The notes: generated by a model from the sequence alone, not told the origin. Shown: positions 23,406-38,364, counted from the stretch's first letter. The stretch is DNA of 64,000 nucleotides from Schizochytrium sp. TIO01 (GCA_004764695.1 SMSO01000032.1:682001-746000), one strand, 5' to 3'. Numbers and translations are program-made.

Positions 23406-26400
23406 GGCTCAGTCGATGTCAAACGCCTGTCCAGGCAGCCGTCCACTCTTCAGGCCTCCCATGCAATCAATTCGATTTTCCCTCTGCTGGCTGGCGTTTG
23501 TTTCCCTGAGGAGGCTTCTAGCTGGCGCTCCATCTTCCCAGCCCTGTGTGAGTCCATGATATCAATGCGATTTTGCTAGCTAGCCCTACTAATAAGACGA
23601 GGGTGAGCCTGACCATCGAGCGAGATCTCAGATCTGTACGTAGTAGCTCTCTCTGCAGCTCCACGAGGCCTCTGCGCTCGCTCGCCACGCATACTATGTA
23701 AATCTCAAGCCAGGCATGAGGTTTATTTTGCCCTTTCTGAGAAACTAGGTAGGCATTTGTTGAAAAAGGATGGTAAGACGGATCGAAGGAAGCAAACCTA
23801 AGCAAGCCAAAGGAGAGCATGAGGATTCTTCATAGTTTCACGATTATGAGACACTTCACCAGTAGCAGCTGAGAGAGAAAGGGGCGAAAACAAAAACATG
23901 AGAGGAATCACTTTATTGACTATTTCTGTTCTATTGCAAAAAAAATATAAAAATATAATTTTAAATACGAAGAAGAAAACGAAAATAGTTGAAGTGAGAA
24001 ACCCGATCTTCGAATGCTAGCTAGAACGGTACTACACACTTGTCTAGTTGCTATACCCGGCATTAGAATACAGCATTTTCTTCATCAGCGTACTACTACT
24101 GATAGTAGCTAGCTAGTTACTCACTAGCTGAGTACCTAAGTACTACTATTTGAGGCAAATGAATGAGTGCATAAATCAGCAGTGAATTCCCGCCTGCATT
24201 TCTTCATACATGCGTGAGTAAAGAGCCCCGGCCGGGACGCTTGCCACGCTTATGCCAGGCTTTAACCCCTTTTCCTGTCTTCCATGGCGGTTATGGGCCT
24301 GCTCGTGGACAGGGTCGAGCTTTTGCGCACAGAGAAAGCTGTGAAGAGCTTTAATTTGGAGTTCCACTCGAGCTTAGAATTTGAAGAACTTGCTCGAACC
24401 TAAATTTATTCACTACTTCTCTAGTGGCACATGTTATTATTGGAGTTCTAGCAAGTAACTAGGGTGGCTTAGACAATCAATTGTTAAATCTTGCTACCAG
24501 GTTCCTGAGCAGTCGCTACCTATGTAGGTAGTAAGTGCCCTTGGCTTCGAAAGCTTTGGCTGTGCTGCGTCACAAACTCGGAGCAGAGAGGCACTCAGAG
24601 CAGAGCCAAGCATAAGGTTGAAAGCTGGGCCGCCGCATCCAATGCCATGTCGAGCGATCTTGAGCATTTCTGGCAATTGCTGTCGTAGCTTTTCTTGTTG
24701 GGCCTCTCACCTCATGCATGGAGGCAACTTGCTATAGTTAGTCAACCTCTTCTCTTTAGCATATGTACAGACCCAATACTTTCCTTTCTTCACTCAGTAC
24801 TAGGGATGGGATATACAATCATTAGAAAGAATAAGAGCAAGAGTGTATATAAATAAATATATGATTGATTACAAAGAGAAGAATATGAGAATAACTCTTA
24901 GACATGGTCAGAATCCAGTTCTCAAAGAAGGTTGGTCAAATGCCGGTTTTCAAAGAAAAGACAGAATAAGAAGAAAGAACTTTTTTTTTTTTGTTGAAAA
25001 AAATAATATTATTCTCAAAATAATAAATAATCAAAATTAAAAATTGAAGTTATTCAAAAAATATCAATTTTAAAGTGGAAAAAATGATAAAATAAATTAA
25101 AGAGAAAGGAAATGTAGAAATAAAAATAGTAATATTTTAAATTTATTTAATTCGTTTATTAGTAAAACTCATTCACTTTTCCCTTCGTGGTAGTAGGTAG
25201 GTTTGAAACTGGTGTATTGCATGAAGCTTGGAGGGCTCGTCAGCGCCCTCATTTGTACCTGCTGAAGGCAACGAGCGGAGGAGCAAAAGCAATCACAAAT
25301 ACAAAAGTTAAACAAAGCTCGTTCTCCCTGACAAGCACTTGCCTAGGTCTGCACCAGTCTATTGTGTAACTATTAGCTCCTTCCATCCATCATCGCGGCC
25401 TTTCCTTTGCTAGCGAAGTACGATCAAATCGAGCTTCGTCCATAAAAAACCAAGAAAAATAAAGATTATGCAATTTTGGAAAACGCTGTGTTATCATCAT
25501 TGATTGACAAAACCAAAATAATTTTGAAAAGATGATATATTCTATTAAAGAAAAAGAAGAAAGAGAGAGGAAAATGGAAGAAGAATATAAGCAGAAGAGA
25601 GAAGGACTTTAGAAACTCAACAACTTTGGAAGTAGACGATCTTTGATTGCGTCGATTCTTCGCTTTCGCTTTTTCAATTGCCGATTACTTTCAATCCCCA
25701 TCTTTTTCCCATTTCCATTTCTTTCTGTCACTTTGGCCATCCTCTTTTTCCCACTCCAGCGCCTGCTACAGCATTAAAAGAAGGCCCATAGACCGGTGGC
25801 CTCTCGAACGATGACGAGGCGGCCTTGCAGGAAGCAGGCTGCAGGTTCCGAGAGATCGAGAACTCGTGTGGAGTTTTACAATATAAGCTAGCCAGCAGCC
25901 AACGAAAGATCCCTCCCTGATCACAGAAGAACTTGAAAGCAGCCAAAAACAAAGGAGAACTATGGCCAATCGAATCATGCGCACCTTTTCAATTCAATTC
26001 AATTCAATTCAAAAAAAAAAGTGTCTTGCTACACAAGGTGCTACTACTACTATCCAGCTACCGCTAGCTAGCTAGCGTTATAGCTAGCTATCCATCTACC
26101 TGCTATAAAGACTAAGCGAAGTGAGTGAATGAACGACGAAACGAATGAGCAAATAAGCGAGCGGATCGTCGGGTCTCGAGGCCGTTCCCGGCGCTGACAA
26201 GCGCTCGGCGCCAGTGGCTGCGACGCCTTCGGGAGGGCCTTCGTTGCCCTCAGCTGCGTCTGCGGCGGGTATTCCAGCCAAGCGCCAGCCGGCTTATAGC
26301 GGAAAGCAGCCAAAGCTGCTGCTGCTCGCGCAAGCTACGCCTTTCGCCCGTCCTATCGGCGAGGCGAAAGTATCTTTGCTCCTAAAGGATGCCGCCGCTC

Positions 26401-26728
26401 GGACGAAGAGCCCCATCTTCGCCGCCCTTTAAAAGGCCACCGGGGACCTCTCGAGCGTATCTCTGCCCAAACTCGCCCAGGGCCCCCCACTGTGCAGACC
26501 AAAGGCAGAAAGCCTGCTGGTGAGAGGTGTAGGTAGGACGTAGCGGAAAACCCTTGGGTTGACAGGATGGGATGCAAGGTTCACGGTGCTCGAGCATTTG
26601 TAATGGATAGGAATGAATTATTATTAGTGATCAGCGAATTTGACGCAGCGAGCTTTGGCTCATGTTGAGCTTGGAGCGGTGGTTCACGATGAGAAGCACT
26701 CGCTCTGCTCTTGCGTGAGATCTTTGGG

Positions 26729-26940
26729 CGTGGTGGTGGTGGTGGTGGTGGTGGTGGTTTGTCTATACATACTGGCTGGCTGGCGGTTCCCATTGGCTGC
26801 GTGGGCTTCGCGTCACGAACCTGAGAAACGGCGGCTTGATGACGAGGCATGCGGCGAGGACGGCGTGGTTCCTGCTTGCTGGCTTGTCCATTTCGCGAAG
26901 TGCTTCTTTGTGTAGAGTTAGTTGCCTGCCGATTATTGGT

Positions 26941-26974
<34 letters not shown>

Positions 26975-27252
26975 GAAGAAGCAAACCGCGAGCGAGAAGG
27001 AGTTTGGAGAAAGAGCACAGGGATGAATAAATAGAGGAAGCAAGCTTGCAAATAACATCATCTGAGGAGTCGTGACGACAAGTTGACCAGTCTTGGCGGG
27101 GCGCTCTGTGCTAGAGTTCCGCGTTTTCTTTCAGCAAGTCTGTTTGCAGGTATTTCAAGAAGAGAGAGAGTAACATTATACAAAAAGTTAACCTCTTGGT
27201 GTTGTAATTGTTGTAATTGTTGTTGTTGTTGTTGTCGTTGTTGTCGTTGTTG
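26729..27252. repeat. Cluster of trinucleotide microsatellites: (GGT)n ~26729-26758, (TAA)n ~26942-26974, imperfect (GTT)n ~27199-27252
   Basis: Read directly from sequence. Confidence 0.85.
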
Positions 27253-28850
27253 TGATACACGCCATTTTTTCATTTTTCTTAACTGTCCTCAGGAATGGCG
27301 ATAACTCTGATGTGAAGGAATAAAATTTATCATTCCCCCATCCTGCAAATACTTTCCTACCAACGACGCACTCCCTCACTTCTATACTCGTTGCTTCTGC
27401 GAATTGTGTGGAATCGAATTTATAAATGTTGAACGAAATAAGAAGGAGAGCATTGAATGAGAATGACCGACTTCGTAGTTTTTTGTTGTTTTGATAAAAA
27501 GAAAAGAAAACAGCATCGTGCGTTTTACTAAAGCCTTGCAAATGCCTCAGTTTCAGACACAAATTGCAAACAAATGACTCGTCATCAGACATCCTTCCAC
27601 CGCACTCTTGTGCACATCAACATTATTTTAAAAAAAGAAGCGCTCAGCATTCAATTCCCAGTGCCATCAGCCTAAGCTCGCCAAGCATCGTATTTCCAGT
27701 CAACTTGACATCATCAATTAAATCAGCGCTCGCCATTGTTCCGGGTCTTGATGGGCCTCATTTTGCCAGTCCGAAAACACCGCTGCTGGAGGCTGAATTT
27801 CAAGCTCTTTCTCGCGATCTGCAAAGCTCTCAAATGCAGGCTCTCAAGCAAGCTCTCCAGCGAGCGCCTGACTGGTTGGCGCGTTCTTGGAAATTCGAGC
27901 CCAGGAAGGAGGTCCTTCCCGCGCCAGCGCCAATAAATGCCTTCGTACACATGAGAGTCGTCGCTCGTCGCCCCCTTATAAACAACACGCATCGCCGTGT
28001 GAGTAAGAAGCACGCAGTAAATGCCAAATGTCGCACACATCAAGAAACATTATGTGCAGAGTTATATTCATTTGGCGACTTATTGTCTTCACTTCGCAGG
28101 GAGGAGCGAGCTCTCGTTCTCTCCTTCTTGCTCGCAGCAACGCCAGAGGCACCGGGCCGGCAGCGCAACGATGACTCAGTGCCGTTGCCACATTTGGCTT
28201 CTCGAGGCCTCTTGAAGCTCTTGCCCGCCTGCTTGGATCGCTAGCAAGCACAAAGAGTTCTTGAAATTCCCGTGTGAGCACGCCAAGATCCAGCTATTAT
28301 CTACTACCAGGCTTAGCTACCTGCTACCTTCGAGCCCGGGGATAGGCCCTTCGCTAGCGTTTACGCTAGGGGCGGCGGCGGCATGTGCAGGCAGAGAACG
28401 CCAATTCGTTGTCAGGAATTACACGTGTGTTCTCTCCTCCTCCTGGTTTTCCCTGGTTACCTGCACGAAGGACCTCTCGTCCACGCGGGCAGCGAAATAA
28501 CAACTTGGGCATGGTGGGCGGGAGCTGTACGGCGGTGTGGAAGGAGGGCTCCAGCAGACGTTGTTTCAAGCTCAAGACAAGGCTTCTCGTCTTCCAGAGG
28601 AAAGGCAATCAATCTCAACCATCGCTATCTACTCTACTTGAAAAACGTGCCCATTTTTATGACGGAGTTTGGTAGCCATGAGAGCTAAGTATCAAAGACT
28701 GCTACTAGAACGATTATAAGCTCGGGTATCTTTCTTTCTAACGAACCCTTTGCTCATTATTAACACATAAAGAAAGCGGAAGAGAAGCTTCGCAGATTCC
28801 TTTTCCATGTCTTTCAAACCAATGCTATTTTGTAAAGAGAAAAATAACTA

Positions 28851-29235
<385 letters not shown>

Positions 29236-31693
29236 ATTCAAAAGTACTCAGTTAAAAAGAGAAAAGAGAAAAGAGAAAAGTCAATAAGAATTTATTAAAA
29301 CGTTTCCATTAAAAAATAATAAAATATTAACACACACTCGGTCTATAACAGTTCTTATTTCTATTTTACGCTTCAATATCGTCTCTTCTTCTCTGTACCA
29401 CGTGCATAGCATAAAGAAACTAGAGCTGAATAAAGACCGGAAAGAACTTCTATATTTAGAAACATACACATTAAAAAAGAAACAAATCGACTAGGAAAAA
29501 GCGGCCTGGCAACTTCTAGTGGAAACTGATGAAGGCCAAACTACTCACCATCGAGGATATGCCTCTTCACAACACTCATGATCTGCCACAATAAGCAAAG
29601 CCAGCTTCGCGTGCCACCAAACGTTGCTTTGGTCTACCTTCAGAGTTAAAAAGGGCCATTCATACACCCTAATATTCTTGGCGCACTAAGTGCTAGATTG
29701 TACGCCACTAGGCTTTACGCATCCTGCAGCAAATTTAGTTCTGTGGATTGCCATCTTTTAACCCCATTTCAAGCTATGAACTATGCACTCGAGCTTGCTC
29801 TTGTGCCATGCAGTGGCGGCCGGAAGGTCAAGCAAGCAGAGGGCAGTTTCTGTTTCAAGGTAGATTTCATGCTCAATTTCAATCTCAACTTCAAGTTGGA
29901 GCTCTAGGTGCCCGCAACGCTGTTCCCGTCCACGCCGGAGCGGTCTCTGTTTGGTGCTGCGTCGCTCAACATGGAAGTTAGCTTGGCGGCATACGTGCAC
30001 AGATGGGCTGTGGGCGTTTGTACTTCCAGGAGATCTAAGCGTCCGTCTGTGCTGCACTGGGCATTCTTCACTATTCATTACTAGTGCAAAAGTGCAGTGT
30101 GGCAGCTTTGCCCTGCTTTGCAGATGAGAGGAGGCTTGTCTGCTGTGGGTATTTTCTCTCCTTTGTAATAGAGTGCGTGCCTGGCTTTTAGATTAGAGTA
30201 ATTAAATAGTCCTCTCATGACTACATTAAGAAAAACAAAAAACTGAAAAAACCAAAAAGGTTTTAAAACATTAAAAAAAAAAAGCTATTCATAAGACATT
30301 AAAAAAAAGAAGAAGAAGAAGAAAAAAAGAGTAAAATCTAGAGTAAAAATTGAAAATTGTTATGATTCAAAATAGAAGTTTTATAAAGAAGCACGAGTGA
30401 CCTCCGGCCCTTTGCTTTGCGGTGCGGTGCTGCAAAGGAGAAAGCTGGATTTAGAGAAAGCCGCGTGCCCTTGATTGAGGCGGTAATGAGTTTAATTGCA
30501 ATTCAACTTGAATATGACTCCCCTACCGAAGGCGTGAGCCAAATCGCTGGCTTTCTCGTGAAATTCTTGTTTGTGAATAATTCAATCCCATTGTCAACGT
30601 AAAAATGGACCGCCTGAGGCAAGCAAACTTTGGCTCATAGTCTATTCCTTAATGCGAGCTTAGGTCCAAAGCTTTCATGTAAATTAATGGTAAAGATGCA
30701 TGAAATTCTTGCCACTTAAATTTCAATCTTTGTTTGCAGTTGCTCTTATTTAGAAATTTAATCAGGGCTAAAATTCATGCATAATCTTCGATTGACGCAA
30801 GACCTTTTTCAGTTCGTATATAATTTATTTGACATCTCATGATTTTGAAACATTAATGCTAAAATGCACTTACTCATGTATGAATACTCTAGAAGGCAAC
30901 TAATAACTTAATCATTTCTAGAACAGGATCCGTAACAAAGCACGCATGTCTTAATGATTATTGAATCATTCTCATGCAGTTGCATCGACCAAATGAAATG
31001 CAAGATGGTGTATTTAGAAGCTGCTACAAGTTGAATTTTGCTGACTCGTAAGACTCGCATTCCGTAGATCTTCCTCAATAAATCTTGCATTGTCCTGAGA
31101 GTGTTCGTGTATTACACTACCTACTACACTTTTTTCACACATTTATTTGCTTGAATGGAGTGGACCTTCAATTTTGGTTCACGTCACGAATGGTTGGATT
31201 CTGGGCAGTCACCTTGGATGCAAACTTCCCAATAAAAATCAATCCTAGCTCCGTGATCTCATGGTCTAGCAGAGAGAACGTAATCAACGACACCACTTGT
31301 AAGATTTCGCGGCCGCTGTCGCTGTGTATATTGACTGATATATTTGGCTCTTGCCATGGACTATTGCTGCAGCACAGGCTTTTTCTATTTATTCAATTTT
31401 TCTCTCTCTTAAAGAAAAGCTATAATGAGGAAGAGATACCTGTTTTCTTTTTACATATTTTTACTTTATCAAAATTGATACTATTTCTAAATTAAAAAAA
31501 ATGTAGAAAAAAAAAAACAAAAAAAAAGCTAGAAAGAACTCTCTTCTTTCTATAGGCAAGATGAAAGAATAGAGGCTGGGGATTAAAAAAAGAAAAACAA
31601 AAAGACAAAAAACTTCTTCTACTCCTCGAAGAGCACGCAGCATCAGCGACGAGACTCAGATGATCTCCATAGGTGCCAAGCTACTATTCCCAG

Positions 31694-31759
31694 CTCTTCA
31701 GAAGTTGAAGTTCTCTTCAGAAGTTGAAGTTCTCTTCAAAAATTGAGGTTCTCTTCAAA
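31694..31759. repeat. 19-bp tandem repeat CTCTTCAGAAGTTGAAGTT (2 exact copies, 1 diverged, 1 partial)
   Basis: Units start at 31694, 31713, 31732 and 31751. Confidence 0.85.
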
Positions 31760-32193
31760 GATTGCCAATCATAGGTATTTCTCTCCAACGTTTAGAGGTG
31801 GCCTTTCTCTCTTGAAAGGTTCTCTGCCGGCTTCGTCGAGAGAACGCTCCTCATTTCCCGAACTATGCGTAGCTACCCCAAACTCTAGGCCCCTTCTCCG
31901 CTCTTGTTCATCATCCGAAGCGTCCGGATGGCCGCCGCCTTGTGCTTTCTGTCCTGCCCAAGTCCAGTCCACGCTGCGTCGCCGCTGTTCAACTCGAAGA
32001 TGCCGCCATCGACGACCGCCTGCGTCCTTGCACCTAGCTAGCCAGGTTTTTTCTGTCTGCCTGCCTGTCTGGTGATCCGAGCAGCCCCTAAGGATGAATG
32101 TCTCGTCCTCTCTCGGGTTCTTGGTGCCGCATTCCGAGGCAAAGACCCTTTGAAGACGAAGAGCATTGCATTCTTCATTTCACGCATGCGCGC

Positions 32194-32224
<31 letters not shown>

Positions 32225-32430
32225 CGCTCAGTTCTCGTCATGAGCCGTTCTCTCCGCCACGCACCGTAATCCGTTTTCCGACTTGACCTCAGATTCGCAG
32301 TAGTCATTCGCGAAGACAACATCTTCAGGAGTGCGGGCGTGAGACCCATGCTCCTGTTCTCGACAGACTGGGTACGAAGCTTTCTTTCCGTAGTTGGCAC
32401 TCGTGAGTTTGGAGTTCTTTCCTCTTTCGA

Positions 32431-32471
32431 GGGCTGATGACACGGGCTGATGACACGGGCTGATATGGGCT
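32431..32471. repeat. 13-bp tandem repeat GGGCTGATGACAC x2 plus degenerate copies
   Basis: Read directly from sequence. Confidence 0.8.
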
Positions 32472-35400
32472 TACTTACTTACAGCTGAACAGCTCAAGCC
32501 TCCTCGTTATTCATCCCTTGGGGCGCTCGAAGCCGCGGATTTCTGTTCTCTACACTCCCGCATTTCAAAGCTCGTCAGCAGCGTCGCTAACTTCCATGCC
32601 ACAGCAGGGACTTTCAAGTTCTCAGCCTGCAAGTCACGAGAGGCGTGATGGAAGAGGAACCTGCTCCACCATGCCGTGCTTTTGCTAGTCAGGCATTCAA
32701 TTGATAGATTGATAGATTGATTCATTCATGCATTCTTCAAGAGTGTTGCCACTTTCTGAGATTTGGCGACCAACGATTTGCTTGAACCCTGAGCAATTCG
32801 GACTCAGACTGGCAAAAATGCCTAGGAGGCTGCATGTGGCGTCGGGCAACGAGGAGCGCTTTCGGCAGACTGAGTGAAAAACAACAACAACAACAACAAG
32901 CGGATTTAGCCCAAGCGGCAGCAGATGAATTCATGAATTGCGTGTCTATATCACTCTCAAAATGCAATTTCATTCACAACTACGGTGGTACTCTGCTGTG
33001 ATGCATTGCAGAGACACGAATTGATCAGAATCTCCGGCCACCAAAATTTGAGCAAGAAGAGGGCACAATCGATAAGCAATAAAATGGTTGGTTTTGTTTG
33101 TTTTGGGGCGACGGCAAGAGCATGGAGCATAGTTTTTCCCGTCTCAGAAGACGAAGACAGGACTGATTCTCGCTTGAATTTTGCAATTCAACGGCCTTTG
33201 GCAAGACCGGGAGCTAGGGTGCGGCAATATAGCGTGGGCTTGAACGAGTTCTCTCGTCCAACAAGTTGCTGGCGTTGTCGTCTTCTTCCTCGTTCTTCAA
33301 TGTGGAAGCACGGAATTATTATCTGCACTGAAGTTCGCCGCTCCATCCACATAGGTAGTAGTAACCAGTTGCGCGACACACGAGTTTAGAGTTGCGGAGG
33401 TTGGGGTCCATCTACTCGCTTGCTGCTGTTTGTGCTTATCCAAGCATGCCAGTGATGTATTTCCTCCCCCTTCTTCTGTGCAGACATTCACGATTGCAAT
33501 ATTCTCACCCATATGCACCTCACATCTCGATAACAAACAGCCCTTGGAGTTTGAAACTCTAGATTTGCGTGCTTCTGGACGCAATTCCACGTTCCCAGCT
33601 CTTCAACCAACCTAAACCTGCCTTCCGCTCCTTTGGTGAAGAAGCGTCTTGCGGGCAAAGTCGCGCAGCAAGAAGCTTATTGCCAAGAATGGCCTTTTCC
33701 GTATATTGATTCCCTTTGCTTGGCAATAAGACCAGCCAGCATCGACCATAGTATACTTTATTTCATCGAAAGAAGACGACCTCTGCTTATAGAATGTAGG
33801 TAGGTACTACCTATTTTAAGTTCCATCTCAAATAAAAATTGACTTCCCTATAATGTTTTCCATATTACTACAAAAATAAAAATTGATCTTTAAACTTGAT
33901 AAAAAGAAAAGCAACATAAATACATGGTAAACCTTCATACATCAAAAAGTTATTTGTTTATTCCAAACGAAAGCTGGAAGAAAAATAGACAATAGTAACA
34001 GTACCTACCCAGTCAGCAGCAATAGGCTTGAATTAAAAAAACTTTAATTGCAAAAAACAGGAGCAGAATACTAAGACCCCGATACCCGCCTTAGCCTGAA
34101 AGCTTATGGAAAGGAAAGAATCGTGTCACATACGCAGCCTTTCTTTCACCGTGCTGAGCTACTTTCTGAATCTTAAACAACACATGCCTCGCCAGCCAGC
34201 TAGACAGCTAGCTCACCAGCAGTGGACCATGCATGGCATTCCTCGCTCATCTCGCTTGCTTCTGCAGCTCAACTACTCATCTATCTCGCATGAAAGAAGG
34301 AAGCAAGCAAGCAAGCAAGGAAGGAGAGCCTGCTTGCTTGCTATCTTTCGAAGCCCGTAACCTACGATCCCCTGTTGCATTACTCCCTTCTTCGTCCATC
34401 AATCTTGAGACCTCGCTCGCTCTCCGGATTCATTCCGAAGAAGCACGCTCTTCGGTAGCTCAAACTTGGTATCTACTCTTCACGTGGCCTCCAAAGGACG
34501 AGCGGACTTCCCTCTCGCGCTGTGCTGTCTCTCGAGCCTCGCCTCGAAAGGCGAACGACAAACCGCCGGCGGCTGAAAGTCGAAGAGAGTTCGAGGCAAG
34601 CTCCTGAACGTACATACATTCATACATTCATACATTCATATAGTTCTGGTTTTCAGGATTCAGACGAAGCCAGCTTTGAGCTGCTTCGAGCCGAGGTGGA
34701 CCTGGACAAGCTCGGCAGCCGCCTGTCTCTTGGGAACGCCACGAGTTCCTCTGGCTGGCTGTCCTCTGGGCCGCTTCTGCGCTCGCAGCCGCAGACCGTT
34801 GTCATCCCGCGCGGCAGGTGAACACGAGTCGCGCGGGGCAGATCCGTGTGTATCTTCGTCGCTGCACTGTAATACGGCATCGCGAGCAAGCAGCAGGCAA
34901 CAGCAAATAAGCCACGAGCTGCTGCTCAATCAAATCAGGGCGCCGCGGAGCCAAAGCAAAGCAGCCGGCTTGGAGAGCCAGGCACGCGTAGGTACACGAG
35001 CCAATCTTGGGCCGCTTCAAGAGCGTTGCTCCACGGGTAGATCGAAGGCCCAAACTTGCTCAAGCGATGGACGTAGCACGTTAACCGTGCAGGCCTTTGT
35101 TTGTTAGCTTTCTTTCACAAATCATGTCGCCGTTGATTGAAAGCTGAGCGGAGCTGCACTTCTTTTGCATCGAGTTCACGTTCAGGTCGAATGGAATGGG
35201 GTCGAGGTCGCTTTGGAGAAGAACATGATAGATGATACAGCCGCTTCTTCGTACTTTGGCTAATTTCTTTGCTTTCTGCAAAAGACCTCGAAACGGACAG
35301 GGCCGGATACGGAGTGGCGATCGATGGGGGGAGAAGGCAGAGCAGAGGGGAGGGCGCTGCGTCGCCGCGTACAGAGCGCATTCTGCACTCGCCTGCTCGG

Positions 35401-37576
35401 CGTCGCGTCGCCGTTCCCTCACCTTGGAGGTCCGTCCACCTGTTGTCGTGTTTTTTCGTCGTCTGGGCGCGTGCGAACTTTTGGGCGCCCCTTTTCAGAA
35501 TTTCATTATACCTGCCGCATCGTAGCATCTACCTACTGTTAGTAGGAGTCATTCTTCTTGGCGGATTGTTTCGTTTCTTCTGCGTTAGCTTATTGCGAGA
35601 GCTGAGAAGAAAAATGAAAAGAGGAGAAAAGATTGACTTTCCCCTTCTTTGTTAGTAGTTAAAATAAAAAGAAAATTATTAAAAGAAAATAATGTGATTT
35701 AAAAAGTAAAAACTTCGCATTTTTTAAAATAAAAAATATATAAACATTTAAAATTAAAAGGAAAGAAGAAGAAAAAAGATGGCAACAAACTAACATTTTA
35801 AAGTTTTAAATTAAAGGAAGTAATCAATGCTTTGGGGGAAAGAGGAAGGCCAGGTATTTCATCTGGACAGAAAGGCTACCCGAGAGAGGAAGATAATGGT
35901 TTCCGCCAAAATCATAGCTGATTGAAGCCGTGGATATAATATACAAACGAACTGCAATACTTTCTGCGCTTCAGGCCGCGGCGACTGAAGGGGGTCTTGC
36001 ATGTTCTCTTTTCCCCAAAGCCTCCTTTCTTGCAGCAGCTCGCATGCTTCAACATTTAGCTAACAGCGGGATTGCTGAATGAATAGGCCGTCATCATGAA
36101 TGAGAATACATTTCCGTAACTAAAAGAGGAAACGAAAAGTAAGAAACTATCACTCTCAAATTGATACTAAGACAGAAGAAGAAGAAGAAGAAGTAGAAGT
36201 TGAAACCATCTATATAGCGCGCAATGCGGTGAGAAAGAATCAAGAACTTGGTGAGCACACAATATAACACGAATTACTTCTGACGAGGCGCGTCGTGGAG
36301 CGTCTTGGCCTCGGCCGGCGTTTGCCCTTGCAGCACGCAGCAGACCATGATATGCAGGACCTGAAGAGCGTCCTTGCACGCGGCTTTAGCGAATTTATTT
36401 TAAGCCGGACAGCAGAGGCTTGCGAAGCAATCTCTTCAAGGATGGCGCTCTGGTTTTCCTGAGTTGTTCTGCCATTTCCTTCCTTTCACGAGAGGAGCAT
36501 ACTTGGCCGTGCCGACGCGAGTTCCAACAATCTCGGACGCTCATTCCTACTGCTTGACAAAAGTTACCTCTGATTGAATTCCGCCTCCATTTCCAGTATT
36601 TGGCGGCTTTGATCAGCTTCTTTCTGTTGAAAAGAGCAACAGGAAAGTCTTTCAAACAGAGCGATCGATCGATCGATCAATCAATCAATCAATCAATCAA
36701 TCAACGATATATTGTGATTCGCGATGGATTTGTTTCTTTAGTGCCGCTTGCGAACTGGCTGGCTCGCAGTCTTTTGCGCAAAAAGGAGGAAATATGCGCC
36801 TTTGGAGTTGAGAGTTTAAAAAGTTTCTTTTAGTTTGAAGCAAACACATATAAAACTTTTCAGTTACTACCGCTTTAATTAAAACTAAAATGTTTTTTTG
36901 TTTTTTTAAAATAAACATTTTGAACGCGCTTTTAAAATGTTGACGCTAGACTTACACAGTAGGGTTACTACAGATCAAATAAATATTTTGAAACAAAATT
37001 GTTAAGAATATGGAAGAGCACCTGGCGGGCCTGATTTCTGTTGCTTAATTTTGTCAACATAGTTAGCGAATAGCGAACATGCGCCTTGCTTTCACTTTGT
37101 GAGCTGGGCTAGTAAAAGTTAGACGTTTACTCACAACAAGAGTCAATATGGGAGACGAAGCAGTAGTACCGTATTGTGAAAAGGTTGTGAAAGGGTATGA
37201 AAAACTACAAAGAAAAGAAGTTAAGAAGATAAGCAATAAAAGTTTAAAATGAAATTGTTCTTAAAAGGAATTGCGCAGTCTTTCTATTTTCTCCAGTGAG
37301 CCTGATGGTTATATTTGAAATTAATTTTAATCCATTGAGCGATCAAAGTTGATCAGAAAGAAGAGTCCGGGCATGACGTTCGCGAGAACCTAGAGATGAT
37401 GATTCTCCAGGGCCAAACGAGGTGCCTAGCTTTAGCCCAAGCACAGAGGGTGCTGGGAGGACGAGGATAGGAGGGTGCTGTTGCCTGTTCCTTCTTCGGC
37501 ACCAGAGCCGAGCCGCGACGATTGACTCACACCGCCGAGAGAGACCATCTTACTGACCTAGCAGCCTGTCCAGTCC

Positions 37577-37601
37577 TTTTTTTTTTTTTTTTTTTTTTTT
37601 T
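37577..37601. repeat. Poly-T (25 nt)
   Basis: Read directly from sequence. Confidence 0.9.
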
Positions 37602-38255
37602 CAACGTGAAAAGTTTAAAAGGAAAGGAGGGAAGAATAAAGAAAGTGGTCAAAAGTTGATTTTCCCAGATATTAGAAGAAAAAAAGTAAAAAAGTTTATG
37701 TTTTCAAAAAGAATTCCTTTGGAAAGAGTAAGGAAGTTTTTAAAAGTAATGGAAAACTTGGTAGACCTATTATTCAAGAAGGCGGCAAAATGTGTATAGA
37801 TAGCTTTTGCAGGCGAAAGGGAGCTTCATTACATTTGTACCTTCGCGAGGTTTCTTTTCTGTCCCTCCCCCTTCCCCTTTCCTCTGTTTCTTGACTTTGC
37901 TCTGATCAATATACTTTGTCGTGACTACAGCTGAGATGCTGATTCTTCTTCGCTTCCGAGTTTCTTCTTCCACCCTCCTCTGACTCTCTCTTCTTACCCC
38001 TTTTAAATATTATTTTAATATTTATCAAAAATATTTTGGCTCGAGAAATATTAGAAAAAGAGTAAAAGTGATTCAAACTCACTCCCAATGCTAAAAAGCT
38101 CATGCTGAGGCTTTTGTGTCTCTCTCGCATGACAGATATTGAACGACCAATGCATTCATACATCCCTACCTAAAGTACTTAAAATATGACCATCCGCCGC
38201 AATCTCAAAAACTAGTTTTATGAAAACCTACCTCTCTATTCTGCTTCGAAAAGAC

Positions 38256-38364
38256 TTTTTTTCTTTTCTTTTCTTTTCTTTTTCTTCTCAACTCTTCTCC
38301 TCAACTCTTTTCAATTCTTTTCAACTCTTTTCAATTCTTTTCTTTTTCTCCTTCTTCCTCTTAG
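38256..38364 (+). promoter_or_regulatory. Long polypyrimidine tract with 10-bp TCAAYTCTTT repeats, ending in TAG, ~300 bp upstream of aquaglyceroporin 1
   Basis: Nearly pure C/T run with four TCAAYTCTTT units at 38301-38340, followed by a CA-rich UTR-like leader. Either a promoter CT tract or a 3' splice site (inference). Confidence 0.4.

Noticed and set aside
27564-28244. 226-aa plus-strand ORF, the longest in the desert
   Set aside because: Non-ATG start, no motif, no evident codon bias; cannot be supported as a gene.
31694-32471. 19-bp and 13-bp direct repeats as a possible CRISPR-like array
   Set aside because: Repeats are contiguous with no unique spacers, there are no cas genes, and the context is eukaryotic.
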